A DNA stretch of 64,000 nucleotides from Clostridiales bacterium Firm_07 (lineage in GTDB: Bacteria; Bacillota; Clostridia; Oscillospirales; CAG-272): the NCBI GenBank assembly GCA_001604005.1, contig LVAM01000010.1, positions 273,079 through 337,078 of the forward strand. Direction: 5' to 3'. Of the stretch, positions 44,313-53,392 are shown piece by piece. Both the position numbers and the translations under genes were made by a program. Every line of letters starts with the position of its first letter. The stretch's first letter is position 1. The notes beneath the pieces are model-generated. The model was given only the letters and a program-made list of their open reading frames with translations, was not told the DNA's origin and made no database searches.

Positions 44313-47111
44313 TTATTTTATGAGAGAAAGGACCGAGCGGCAGCGCGGGCAAAGGCATCCGCCCTCGTCATCGTGCCACGCGTCTTTCGTATAGTTCCAG
44401 CAACGGTCGCATTTCTCGCCTTCGGCGCTCTCCACAAGGACCGAGACGGGCGCTCCCTCCTCGGTGTAAGCTTCGGCGGGCGCGCTGCCCGTTGAGAGTT
44501 CCACCTGCGACACGATCATCACGGTGGGAAGAAGCGCGGCAAATCCGGCAAGGAAGTTCGCCGTGTCCGCGTCGCCCGCAAAGATCGTCACCTTTGCGTC
44601 AAGCGATTTGCCGATCCGCTTGTCGGCGCGCGCACCTTCCAGCGCCTTCATCACGGTCTCGCGGAGCGCAAACAGTTTTGCCCAACGCGCGGTGAGCGCC
44701 GTATCCGAGAGCGCCGCGTCAAACTGCGGCAACGGGTTGAGAAACACACTCTCGCCGACGTCGCCCGCGGCGCGCGGGATCGCTTGCCAAATCTCCTCGG
44801 CGGTAAAGGCGAGGAGCGGCGCGAGCAGGCGCGTCATCGCGTGGATGATCCGATACATCGCGCTTTGCGCGCTACGGCGCGCGGCGGAAGTCGGTGCCTC
44901 GGCATAAAGGCGGTCTTTCGTGATATCAATATACAGTTTGGAGAGATCCACCGTGCAAAAATCGTTGATGGCGTGATAGATGATATGGAAGGCGTATTCG
45001 TCATACGCGCGGCGACATTCGCCGACAAGATCGTTCATCGCCGACACGATATAGCGGTCGATTTCTTCCATTTTTTCAAAAGGAACAAGATCGCGGTCGG
45101 GCTCGAAATCATAAAGATCTGCAAGCAGGAAACGCGCCGTGTTGCGGATCTTGCGATACGCGTCCGAGAGTTGGCGGAAGATGGCGTCCGATGCGCGCAC
45201 GTCCACCTGATAATCGCTGGAAGCCACCCACAAGCGCACCAGATCCGCGCCGTATTTGGAGATCATCTCTTCGGGCGCGACCGAGTTGCCGAGCGATTTG
45301 TGCATCGCTTTGCCCTCTCCGTCCACCACCCAGCCGTGCGTCAGCACGGTTTTGAAGGGTGCGCCCTCGCCTTTCGCGCCCACGGCGGTCAAGAGCGAGG
45401 ATTGGAACCACCCGCGATACTGATCGGCGCCTTCCAGATACATATCCGCGGGAAACGGCATTTCCTCACCGTCTAACACCACAAAATGGCTCGAACCAGA
45501 ATCGAACCAACCGTCCAGCGTGTTGGTCTCGATGGTAAATTTACCGCCGCCGCAGTGGGGGCAGGCAAAGCCCTTCGGCAAAATCTCCTCGACGGGCGTT
45601 TCGTACCAGGCGTTGGAGCCTTTTGCGGCAAAGAGCGCCGAAACGGCGTTGATGGATTCCTCGTTGCAAACGGGTTTGCCGCAATTCTCACAGTAAAAGA
45701 CCGGAATCGGCAAGCCCCAGTGCCGCTGACGCGAAATACACCAGTCGGCGCGCTCGCGCACCATGGATTTGATGCGCTCTCCGCCCCATTCGGGGAGCCA
45801 GGTCACCGCGTCGCACGCCTTGGCGGCGTCCTCTTTGAAGGCTTCCACCGAGCAGAACCACTGCGGCGTGGCGCGGAAGATGATGGGCGATTTACAGCGC
45901 CAGCAGTGCGGATATTCGTGCGAGATCTCCTCGAAAGCGAACAGCGAGCCGCTTTCTTTCATATCGGCAAAGATCGCCTCGTTGGATTCGGCATAATACA
46001 TTCCCGCGTATTTGCCGGCGTCGGCGGTCTGATAGCCGTGGTCGTCCACGGGGACCACGATCTCCATATTGTAGCGGCGGCAGGTCTGATAGTCCTCCGC
46101 GCCAAAGCCCGGTGCCGTATGGACGCAACCGGTGCCGCTGTCCATCGTAACGTAGTCGGCGTTAAGGAGCAAAGATTCCCGATCAAGGAAGGGGTGCTCC
46201 GCCGTCATAAACTCGAAATCTTTTCCTTTGAGCGTGGCAAGCACCGCGTAATTTTCCACTTTGCCCATCTGCATCGTGCGATCGAGCAGAGCTTTTGCCA
46301 CAATGTAGTTTTCTTCGCCCGCGCGCACCACCACGTAGTCCTCCACGGGGTTGAGCGCAATGGCAAGGTTACCCGGAAGTGTCCAGATCGTGGTCGTCCA
46401 GATAATGAAATACGTCTTATTCAGATCCGCGATGCCCGCAAGTTTGCCTTGATCGTTCTTGACGCGGAACTTGACGTACACCGAGGTGCAGGGATCGGTC
46501 GCGTACTCGATCTCGGCTTCCGCCAGAGCGGTCTCGTCCTTCGGGCACCAATAAACGGGTTTGAGCCCCTTGTAAATATAGCCTTTGCGGTACATTTCGC
46601 CGAAGACTTTGACCTCGCGCGCCTCAAACGCGGGGGACATCGTGAGATACGGATGCTCGAAATCGCCGCTGACGCCGAGACGCTTAAATTGTCCCATCTG
46701 CACGTCGACGAAATGTTGTGCAAAATCGCGGCACGCCGAACGGAATTCGGGGATCGTCATTTTCTTGCGGTCGATCTTGTTCTTCTTGATAATGGCGCTC
46801 TCGATGGGCATACCGTGGTTATCCCAACCGGGCACGTACGGCACGCGATACCCCATCATCGTGCGGGATTTGTTGATGAAATCTTTGAGGATCTTGTTCA
46901 TCGCCGTGCCCATATGGATATTGCCGTTGGAGAAAGGGGGGCCGTCGTGCAAGACGAAGGTCGGTTTGCCTGCCGCCGCCGTTTGCATTTTCTCGTAAAG
47001 CCCCAACTCCTGCCAGTAAGAAAGCATTTCCGGCTCGCGTTTGGGCAGTTCCGCGCGCATCGCGAAAGAAGTCCGCGGTAGATTGAGAGACGCACTGTAA
47101 TCTTTTGCCAT
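44313..47111 (-). CDS. ileS: Isoleucine--tRNA ligase
   Basis: It has class I motifs (the PPFSNGNIHMGTAMNK HIGH region and a KMSKS-like GKAMHKSLGN) and a C-terminal zinc knuckle CDRCWNY...CPRC. The ATG at 47111 follows AGGAG. Confidence 0.95.
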   Translation of the reverse strand: MAKDYSASLNLPRTSFAMRAELPKREPEMLSYWQELGLYEKMQTAAAGKPTFVLHDGPPFSNGNIHMGTAMNKILKDFINKSRTMMGYRVPYVPGWDNHGMPIESAIIKKNKIDRKKMTIPEFRSACRDFAQHFVDVQMGQFKRLGVSGDFEHPYLTMSPAFEAREVKVFGEMYRKGYIYKGLKPVYWCPKDETALAEAEIEYATDPCTSVYVKFRVKNDQGKLAGIADLNKTYFIIWTTTIWTLPGNLAIALNPVEDYVVVRAGEENYIVAKALLDRTMQMGKVENYAVLATLKGKDFEFMTAEHPFLDRESLLLNADYVTMDSGTGCVHTAPGFGAEDYQTCRRYNMEIVVPVDDHGYQTADAGKYAGMYYAESNEAIFADMKESGSLFAFEEISHEYPHCWRCKSPIIFRATPQWFCSVEAFKEDAAKACDAVTWLPEWGGERIKSMVRERADWCISRQRHWGLPIPVFYCENCGKPVCNEESINAVSALFAAKGSNAWYETPVEEILPKGFACPHCGGGKFTIETNTLDGWFDSGSSHFVVLDGEEMPFPADMYLEGADQYRGWFQSSLLTAVGAKGEGAPFKTVLTHGWVVDGEGKAMHKSLGNSVAPEEMISKYGADLVRLWVASSDYQVDVRASDAIFRQLSDAYRKIRNTARFLLADLYDFEPDRDLVPFEKMEEIDRYIVSAMNDLVGECRRAYDEYAFHIIYHAINDFCTVDLSKLYIDITKDRLYAEAPTSAARRSAQSAMYRIIHAMTRLLAPLLAFTAEEIWQAIPRAAGDVGESVFLNPLPQFDAALSDTALTARWAKLFALRETVMKALEGARADKRIGKSLDAKVTIFAGDADTANFLAGFAALLPTVMIVSQVELSTGSAPAEAYTEEGAPVSVLVESAEGEKCDRCWNYTKDAWHDDEGGCLCPRCRSVLSLIK

Positions 47112-47137
47112 AGTCTTTTGCTCCTGTGATTGCTTAT

Positions 47138-47923
47138 TCAAATATGTTGATCGGCAAGCAGGCGATACCGCCCCTTGCGCGTTTGATCCGAAACGTCGCG
47201 CACGGTGAATTTTCCAACGCCGGAGATCACGATGACCGTGCCCGGGACGACGCGATAGTCGCCGCGCTCTTCGGTCTCATAGTCGATCTCGATCTTTCCC
47301 GCCGCAAAAAGTTCCTTTGCCCTCTCACGCGAGAGGTGCGCCAGCGCGGCGACCACCGCGTCGGCACGGGGGGAAGGCACCGTGTCGCTGATATGTTTAT
47401 AGCGTTTTCCGCCGTCAAAATCGGGCGGCAAAGCGATGCGGGATACCCGCACGGCGTCATTTGCCACGCGAGAGAGGTTTTCTTCCAAAAACGCGGCGAT
47501 CTCCGCGCCGCAAAAGGTGACGGCGCGAAAAGGCGAGAGTAGAGCCACGTCGCCCAACGCGTCGCGCGAGAGCCCCGAATGGAGCAGCGCGCCGAGAAAA
47601 TCGCGGTGCGAAAGTTCGCGGTAACCGCTCCCTTCGATCGACAAAGAGATCGTACTCTCGGCAAAAGCGTCCGAGAGCGGTTCCGCGCGGCACGGCTCGT
47701 CCATATCCGCGAAATACGGCGGGAGACAATACACCCGCTTGCGCTCCGCGGCGGCATATCCGCCCCAAAACAAATATCTTTCCCCTTCGCCCGCAAAGCG
47801 GCGCCGGATCAACATCTCCTCACGCGGTGTCAGAAACTTGCCGTATACGATCTCGCCGCGCTCGGCGCGGCGCAAGAGATCCTCGGCGCGCGCGAAAAGC
47901 AACGCTTCGCTCTCCTCGATCAT
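47138..47923 (-). CDS. ylmH: YlmH-like RNA-binding S4-domain protein
   Basis: The call rests on its position after ylmG, its size, and a C-terminal S4-like region (RADAVVAALAHLSRERAKELFAAGKIEIDY). The ATG at 47923 overlaps the ylmG stop. Confidence 0.75.
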   Translation of the reverse strand: MIEESEALLFARAEDLLRRAERGEIVYGKFLTPREEMLIRRRFAGEGERYLFWGGYAAAERKRVYCLPPYFADMDEPCRAEPLSDAFAESTISLSIEGSGYRELSHRDFLGALLHSGLSRDALGDVALLSPFRAVTFCGAEIAAFLEENLSRVANDAVRVSRIALPPDFDGGKRYKHISDTVPSPRADAVVAALAHLSRERAKELFAAGKIEIDYETEERGDYRVVPGTVIVISGVGKFTVRDVSDQTRKGRYRLLADQHI

Positions 47924-48201
47924 CACGTAAAGATCCCCAACAGCACTTGCAGGATCATCAGGAGAAAATACGCCGCGATGAAAGAAACGTCGATCGGAAA
48001 ATCGCGGAACCACCCGAGGCGGTCGAAAAGCGCGCGGATCGGCGCGATGATCGGCTCGGTGACCATTTGAACGAAAAGCAGAAAGGGGTTATCCTCGCTG
48101 ATCGGAAACCAGGAAAGAATGGCGCGGAGCAGCATACAGCCTTGTAAGATCAGCAAAAGCGCGCGTCCCGTGCCGATCACGATCGATGCAAACAGCCCCA
48201 T
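47923..48201 (-). CDS. ylmG: YggT/YlmG family membrane protein
   Basis: It is 92 aa with two TM segments and the motif RAILSWFP...FLLFVQMVTEPIIAPIR. Confidence 0.85.
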   Translation of the reverse strand: MGLFASIVIGTGRALLLILQGCMLLRAILSWFPISEDNPFLLFVQMVTEPIIAPIRALFDRLGWFRDFPIDVSFIAAYFLLMILQVLLGIFT

Positions 48202-48242
48202 TTGCCCTCTCTCCTCTCGTCAAATCGTTCTTTGAAAGAGCG

Positions 48243-48686
48243 TCATTCCTGCTCTTCTTCGCTGTCCTCTTCGTCCTCGCCCACAACTTCACCGCTGCGG
48301 GGAGAGAGCACCAACGTGGTTTTGGTGACGCGGCGCAGTTCGCCGCCCAACACGTGTACCGCGCCCAGCAGAAAATCAATAAGGCGCAGTGCTCCTTCGC
48401 GTTCCAGAGCGCCGATATCCATCACCACGGTGTAGCCGTCCACAAGTTCGTCGGCGATGGCAGGGCCGTCCTGATAGTTGCGGGGTTTGATGACCTTGAC
48501 CATATTGACGCCCGCGCCGCTGTTCGCGTTCTTCTTCGCGGGCAGAGCGGCGACCGGCTTTTCCTCTTCATAGTCGTCAAGGATGCCGTCGACGTCTTCT
48601 TTTTCATTTTCGTAAAAATCGTTTTCGTAAGAGTCGTCAAACGCGCCGTAATCGGTTTTCGGTTTCTTGGCAAAGGGATTTTTCAT
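48243..48686 (-). CDS. sepF: Cell division protein SepF
   Basis: It has an acidic linker followed by the conserved C-terminal domain (VIKPRNYQDGPAIADELVDGYTVVMDI...RLIDFLLGAVHVLGGELRRV). Confidence 0.9.
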   Translation of the reverse strand: MKNPFAKKPKTDYGAFDDSYENDFYENEKEDVDGILDDYEEEKPVAALPAKKNANSGAGVNMVKVIKPRNYQDGPAIADELVDGYTVVMDIGALEREGALRLIDFLLGAVHVLGGELRRVTKTTLVLSPRSGEVVGEDEEDSEEEQE

Positions 48687-48704
48687 CGTATGTATCCTCC
48701 GTTT

Positions 48705-49394
48705 TCAATTTGTTTCGCTTTGAAAAAGTCTGCGCCCCACGCGCACCATATCGGCTCCCGCCGCGACCGCGGCGGTAAAACTTTCCGACATACCCATTGA
48801 GAAAAGCGGCTTTTCTTTGATGCCGAGAGCGGAGAAGATCTCTTCCCCGCATTGCCGCACGCCGGCAAAATACGCGGTATACGCGGCGTCACTCTCAAAG
48901 CGCGGACCCATCGTCATAAAACCGCAAAGCCGCAGATGCGACATTTGGAGAATCGCGCGGCAAAGCGCGGGGGCGTCTTCCGGAAAGACGCCGGTTTTGG
49001 AAGATTCGCGCGCGCCGTTGATCTCCACCAACACGTCGATCACGCGGTCGTGTTCCGCCGCGCGCCGCTCGATCTCGGCGGCAAGCCGCAACGAATCCAC
49101 CGAATGGATCATATCCACCTTGTCCGCGATATATTTGACCTTGTTTGTTTGCAGTGTACCGATAAAATGCACGCGCGGACGGTATTTGGCGTAGATCGCC
49201 TCTCGGTCAAGCAACTGTTGCACGCGGTTTTCGCCCACCTCGTCGATGCCTGCTTCAAGCAGCGCCGTCAATTCTTCCGCGTCGGCGTATTTGACGGCGG
49301 CAATCAGGCGCACGTTCTCTTTCTTCGCCTTCTCTGCCGCGCGCCCGATCTCGGCGCGCACCGCCGCCACGTTTTCTCGTATCAGTTCCGTCAT
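48705..49394 (-). CDS. ylmE: YggS/YlmE-family PLP homeostasis protein
   Basis: It is an alanine-racemase-fold N-terminal domain protein, with LIAAVKYA (PLP Lys), HFIGTLQTNKV and SMGMSESF. Confidence 0.9.
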   Translation of the reverse strand: MTELIRENVAAVRAEIGRAAEKAKKENVRLIAAVKYADAEELTALLEAGIDEVGENRVQQLLDREAIYAKYRPRVHFIGTLQTNKVKYIADKVDMIHSVDSLRLAAEIERRAAEHDRVIDVLVEINGARESSKTGVFPEDAPALCRAILQMSHLRLCGFMTMGPRFESDAAYTAYFAGVRQCGEEIFSALGIKEKPLFSMGMSESFTAAVAAGADMVRVGRRLFQSETN

Positions 49395-50587
49395 TCGGAA
49401 ACCACCTTGCCTTCGTTTAATCTTCGATTGCCGAACACGATCGTGTCGCCCGTTGCCAAATATCCTTCGCGGTCGTCCGGAAAAACCAAACAAACGCCGT
49501 TTTCACGGTACAGAACGTCGATCTCCCGAAAAGCGGCTTTCCCCGCTTGGTCAATAAAGACGCCCTCTTTCCCGTCTTTAGCGCAGATCGCGCTTTCGGG
49601 CACCACGATGCCGGAGAGCGTGCGGCGTTCCACCGTGACGTTGACGCGCCGCGCCGATCCGGTCTTTGCGGCATCGGTGCCGCGAAAAACGAGCAACGCG
49701 TCGGCGCCGTTCTCGGAGAGCGCGACGCGATCCAACAAAAGCGCGGTGCTTTCTTTACCTATCCGCACGGGATAGGAAGATCCGACCGTAAAGGTGTTGC
49801 ACTCGTCCGCGGCAAGCGGCACGACCAGATAAAAAACGTCGGAACAGATCAATTTGCCGACCGCGCCCGGCAATACGTTCTCGCCGTCAAGCAACGCGGC
49901 GAAACTCTCGGGCGTCAGCGCCGTTGCCGCGGCGGTTCCGAAAAAGGCTTCCCAGCCGTCGATCTCCCGGAAAAACGTTCCCGTGGCGGGCGCGCGTACC
50001 GGCATCGGTTCACCCTCAAAACGCACCAGCGCCGTGAGTTGCGCGCGCAAATCGTCCGCATACGCGCGCGCCGCCGCGCGCGCGTCGGTATCGTTCAGGC
50101 TCCCCGCGGCAAGAGCGGCGGCAAGAGTTTGCCGATCCGCGTCGTCCGCAAGATCGGACGAAAGCAAAGAGGCATAGGAAAGACGATACCCCGCCTGCCA
50201 ACCGGTCGGATCGGCAAGCGCCGATTCAAGCGCCTCGATTTTGGCATACAGCGCCGCCGCCTTTTCTCTCTTGCCGCCCTCGCTGTCGCCGTAAACTTCC
50301 GCCACCGTGTCGTCCTTTGCGACCGCGGCGCCGTCGGCGCACAAGTACGCGACAGGACCGTCGTTGACGGTCGTCAAGATCTCTTCATCGCGGAAAAGAT
50401 AGCCGGTACAGCGCACCGTGTCGGTAAAAATATCCTCGCGCGCGCTCACGCGCCGAAGCGACGCGCGACCGCGCGCCGCTTCGACGAAGATCATCGACAA
50501 AAGGAGCGTTGCCAAAAGTACCGCAAAAAAGGCGGAAAAAGCCAGCGCGCGACCGCTTTGTCGCTTCGGTACCGCGTCTCTCGGCAT
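49391..50587 (-). CDS. Membrane-anchored HlyD-like (barrel-sandwich/coiled-coil) protein, function unknown
   Basis: It has an N-terminal TM (ALAFSAFFAVLLATLLLSMIF), followed by regions predicted to be beta-rich and coiled-coil. The assignment is weak. ATGA overlaps ylmE. Confidence 0.5.
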   Translation of the reverse strand: MPRDAVPKRQSGRALAFSAFFAVLLATLLLSMIFVEAARGRASLRRVSAREDIFTDTVRCTGYLFRDEEILTTVNDGPVAYLCADGAAVAKDDTVAEVYGDSEGGKREKAAALYAKIEALESALADPTGWQAGYRLSYASLLSSDLADDADRQTLAAALAAGSLNDTDARAAARAYADDLRAQLTALVRFEGEPMPVRAPATGTFFREIDGWEAFFGTAAATALTPESFAALLDGENVLPGAVGKLICSDVFYLVVPLAADECNTFTVGSSYPVRIGKESTALLLDRVALSENGADALLVFRGTDAAKTGSARRVNVTVERRTLSGIVVPESAICAKDGKEGVFIDQAGKAAFREIDVLYRENGVCLVFPDDREGYLATGDTIVFGNRRLNEGKVVSE

Positions 50588-50626
50588 ATCCCGCCCCTCC
50601 TTGATTTTGCAATTTATAGTTTATAC

Positions 50627-50635
50627 ATTATACCA
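50627..50635 (-). promoter_or_regulatory. Candidate extended -10 element (TGgTATAAT) overlapping the miaA stop
   Basis: On the minus strand, ATGGTATAATG lies about 35 nt upstream of the HlyD-like gene start. There is no good -35 element. Confidence 0.35.
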
Positions 50636-51599
50636 TATTTTCATCACTCGCGCATAAAGATAGCGCCGTGTTTACAATTTCTTCAAAATTTCGCACTCGT
50701 TTGCCGTCATCGACAAACATTCTGCGCACGTAGGGCTTTGCCGAAAACCAAGTGATCTGCCGTTTGGCATAGCGGCGCGTGGCGGTTTTCAGATCTTCGA
50801 TCGCCGCCTCACGCGTAAGTCTGCCGTCAAGATAAGGGAGCAGTTCCTTGTAACCGATCGCCGCCGCCGCGGTGGCGGAGCGTCGGAAAACGCCCGCCGC
50901 GGCAAGGCGGCGCGTTTCCTCTTCAAGACCTGCCGCCAACATCTCCTCCACACGGCGCTCGATGCGCGCGTAAAGCAAATCGCGATTTTGCCAGAAAAGA
51001 CCGACAACGGCGGCCTTATAGCGCGGTGGAAAATCGAGCGACCGACGATCCCACTCGGATTTGGGGACACCCGTCGACAGATAGATTTCGAGCGCGCGGA
51101 TCACGCGGCGACGGTTATGCGGATGGATGACGGCGGCGCTTTCCGCGTCTGCCGCCGCGAGGCGCGCGTGGAGCGCCTCCTCGCCTTCTCTCTCCGCAAA
51201 TGCCGAGAGTTCGGCGTGCATTTCGGGCGACGGAGGCGGCGTTTCCATATCGCCGCCCCGCAAAAAGGCGTCGAGATAGAGCCCCGTTCCCCCGCAAAGG
51301 ATCGGCAGTTTTCCACGCGATACAATGTCCGAAACGGCGTCGTTTGCCATTTTGACGTAATCGTTTACCGAACAATTCTCCTCCGGCAACAGCACGTCAA
51401 AAAGATGGTGCGGCACGCCCTGTCGCTCCGCGGCGGTGGGTTTGGCCGTGCCGATGTCCATACCGCGGTAAAGCTGCATCGAGTCACAGCAAACGATCTC
51501 GCCGCCACATCGTTTGGCAAGTTCCACCGCCAGTGCGGTCTTGCCGGAGGCAGTCGGTCCCACCACGGCGAAAATTGCCGGATTTTGCGCGTTTGTCAT
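50628..51599 (-). CDS. miaA: tRNA dimethylallyltransferase
   Basis: It has the P-loop GPTASGKT and the motif DSMQLYRGMDIGTAKP. The ATG is at 51599; the track extension is spurious. Confidence 0.9.
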   Translation of the reverse strand: MTNAQNPAIFAVVGPTASGKTALAVELAKRCGGEIVCCDSMQLYRGMDIGTAKPTAAERQGVPHHLFDVLLPEENCSVNDYVKMANDAVSDIVSRGKLPILCGGTGLYLDAFLRGGDMETPPPSPEMHAELSAFAEREGEEALHARLAAADAESAAVIHPHNRRRVIRALEIYLSTGVPKSEWDRRSLDFPPRYKAAVVGLFWQNRDLLYARIERRVEEMLAAGLEEETRRLAAAGVFRRSATAAAAIGYKELLPYLDGRLTREAAIEDLKTATRRYAKRQITWFSAKPYVRRMFVDDGKRVRNFEEIVNTALSLCASDENMV

Positions 51600-51853
51600 C
51601 ACAAATACCCCGAAACGGTATGCAAAAACGGCACTGCGTCGACAGACAAAAATTTCGAAGCGATCGCCGCGCCGTTTCCACTTTTGAAGAAGATCCACCA
51701 CACGGCAAGCAATACCGCGATCACAACGACCACCGTGACCACGATTTTCAACACCTTGCCGAGCAGACGCAGGGCAAAATAGATCGCCAGCGCGCCGACC
51801 AGCGCGGCAAACACCGTACAGGCGATCTTCCATAATATTTCGATCCAAACCAT
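51599..51853 (-). CDS. Small hydrophobic protein (84 aa, 2-3 TM), unknown function
   Basis: The ATG follows AAGGAGAGAG. Its stop overlaps the miaA start (ATGA). Coding status is inferred from the RBS, the coupling and the hydrophobic pattern only. Confidence 0.55.
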   Translation of the reverse strand: MVWIEILWKIACTVFAALVGALAIYFALRLLGKVLKIVVTVVVVIAVLLAVWWIFFKSGNGAAIASKFLSVDAVPFLHTVSGYL

Positions 51854-51913
51854 ATCTCTCTCCTTGCGGAAAAACCGTTTTTGAGTGTTTTCACCGAACG
51901 ATACGGTGAAACG

Positions 51914-52993
51914 TCATTCGATCAGCATCGCGTCGCCGAAGGAAAAGAAACGGTATTCCTTTTCGACCGCCACGCGGTAAGCGTTCAGCATCTTTTCGCG
52001 GTCATAAAACGCGGAAACCAACATCAGCAGCGTGCTTTCGGGCAGATGGAAGTTGGTGATGAGCGCGTCGACCGCGCGAAAACGATACCCGGGATAAATG
52101 AAAATACCCGTGTCACACGCGAGCGGATGTACCACGCCGGCCTCGTCGGCGGCGCTCTCCAAAGTCCGACAGGAGGTAGTACCCACGGCAATCACCCTGC
52201 CGCCCGCCGCGCGGCGGGCGTTGATGAGATCGGCACTCTCCTTTGTCACCGTGATAAACTCGGTATGCATACGGTGCTCGTCCACGCGCTCTTCTTTCAC
52301 GGGGCGAAAAGTGCCGAGCCCCACGTGGAGCATCACCGGCGCGATCGCCACGCCCTTTTCCTCCACTTTTCGGAGCAGATCTTTTGTAAAATGCAGCCCC
52401 GCCGTCGGCGCCGCCGCGGAGCCCTCCTCGCGGGCGTAAACCGTCTGATATCGCGTACCGTCCGCCAACTTCTCGGTGATATAGGGCGGCAGGGGCATAA
52501 GACCTATGCGGTGCAAAATGTCATAAACGTTGGCAAAGCGCGCCTCGTCAAAAGAAAAGCGCACCAGGCGGTTGCCCTCTTCCACGATCTCCAAAACTTC
52601 CGCCGTCAACATTCCGTCGCCGAACGAGAGGCGCACGCCGGGCTTTACCCGCTTGCCGGGACGCACCAGCGTTTCCCAAACTTTATCTCCGCGCTGACGC
52701 AGGAGCAAAAGCTCCACCGCCGCCTCGCTCTTTCCTTCCACACAACCGAAAAGCCGCGCCGGGATCACTTTGGAGTCGTTGATGACCAACACGTCGCCGG
52801 GCAGAAGATAATCCAAAATATCATAAAAATGACGGTGCTCGATCTCGCCGCTCGCGCGGTCGATCACCATCAGCTTTGAGCTGTCGCGCGGCTCGGCGGG
52901 GTGCTGTGCGATCCGATCTTTCGGAAGATCGTAAAAGAAATCCGCCGTTTTCAGGTCGGTGGGTATCGGTGTGTTGCGGATCGTATTTTCCAT
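51914..52993 (-). CDS. queA: S-adenosylmethionine:tRNA ribosyltransferase-isomerase
   Basis: FFYDLPKDRIAQHP, VLVINDSKVIPARL and the C-terminal YRFFSFGDAMLI are present. The ATG is at 52993; the long track extension is spurious. Confidence 0.95.
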   Translation of the reverse strand: MENTIRNTPIPTDLKTADFFYDLPKDRIAQHPAEPRDSSKLMVIDRASGEIEHRHFYDILDYLLPGDVLVINDSKVIPARLFGCVEGKSEAAVELLLLRQRGDKVWETLVRPGKRVKPGVRLSFGDGMLTAEVLEIVEEGNRLVRFSFDEARFANVYDILHRIGLMPLPPYITEKLADGTRYQTVYAREEGSAAAPTAGLHFTKDLLRKVEEKGVAIAPVMLHVGLGTFRPVKEERVDEHRMHTEFITVTKESADLINARRAAGGRVIAVGTTSCRTLESAADEAGVVHPLACDTGIFIYPGYRFRAVDALITNFHLPESTLLMLVSAFYDREKMLNAYRVAVEKEYRFFSFGDAMLIE

Positions 52994-53038
52994 AAAAATC
53001 CTTTCGAGATCCTTCCCGCGAAATGTTTGGGCAAATCG

Positions 53039-53067
53039 TTGACAAAGCGGAAAGGTTGTGCTATGAT
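53039..53067 (+). promoter_or_regulatory. Sigma-A-type promoter of the lysine riboswitch/dapAB unit
   Basis: TTGACA-17 nt-TGcTATGAT. Confidence 0.7.
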
Positions 53068-53100
53068 GAAGGGGACGAAAAGTCCGAAAAAACATAATAT

Positions 53101-53345
53101 GAAGATAGAGGCGCACTATGCGACCTCGCGGGGATAGGCGCCGTTGCCGTTTGTATCTCCGACGGGAGCGCACGGTGCCGAAGCGAGCGTCCGCGGCGGG
53201 CGTTTTTGCTGGTTTCGCGGCGCATAACCGCGCAACTGTCATCTTTTTTGATGGAGAACTATCTGTATGTTGGGGGTGGAAACCGTGCATTTCTGCTCTT
53301 ATTATAGTACAACTACGGCCGGTTTTCAACCGCTTTTTTTATTTT
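53101..53345 (+). promoter_or_regulatory. Lysine riboswitch (L box) leader
   Basis: Conserved L-box blocks are visible: AGAGGCGC, GGTGCCGAAG and AACTGTCA...GATGGAGAACTATC. A putative terminator helix ending in a T-rich tract (53333-53345) follows, upstream of dapA. Confidence 0.75.
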
Positions 53346-53392
53346 CTCCGTTTTTGCACCCACTCTCATTTGCGAAAGAAAGGATTTTTGAG

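Noticed and set aside
45486-47081. A 531-aa plus-strand ORF opposite ileS. Similar long antisense ORFs occur at 61026..62702 (opposite tyrS), 56724..58256 (rimO), 39595..40947 and 40957..42012 (DUF4091/HAD), 60206..61657 (aminotransferase), 27613..28746 (IMPDH-like), 49547..50755 and 53366..54538.
   Set aside because: All of them mirror strongly supported genes on the other strand, lack RBSs and recognisable motifs, and show the antisense GC-rich composition bias.
51914-53329. Long N-terminal extensions given by the ORF track, for example queA 471 aa, rimO 558 aa, miaA 406 aa, hslO 371 aa, trpB 495 aa and the permease start at 4448.
   Set aside because: The extensions are Arg-rich, overlap upstream genes or regulatory RNAs, and often begin at GTG or TTG. 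In each case an internal ATG with a Shine-Dalgarno sequence matches the conserved N-terminus of the family, so the shorter coordinates were used.
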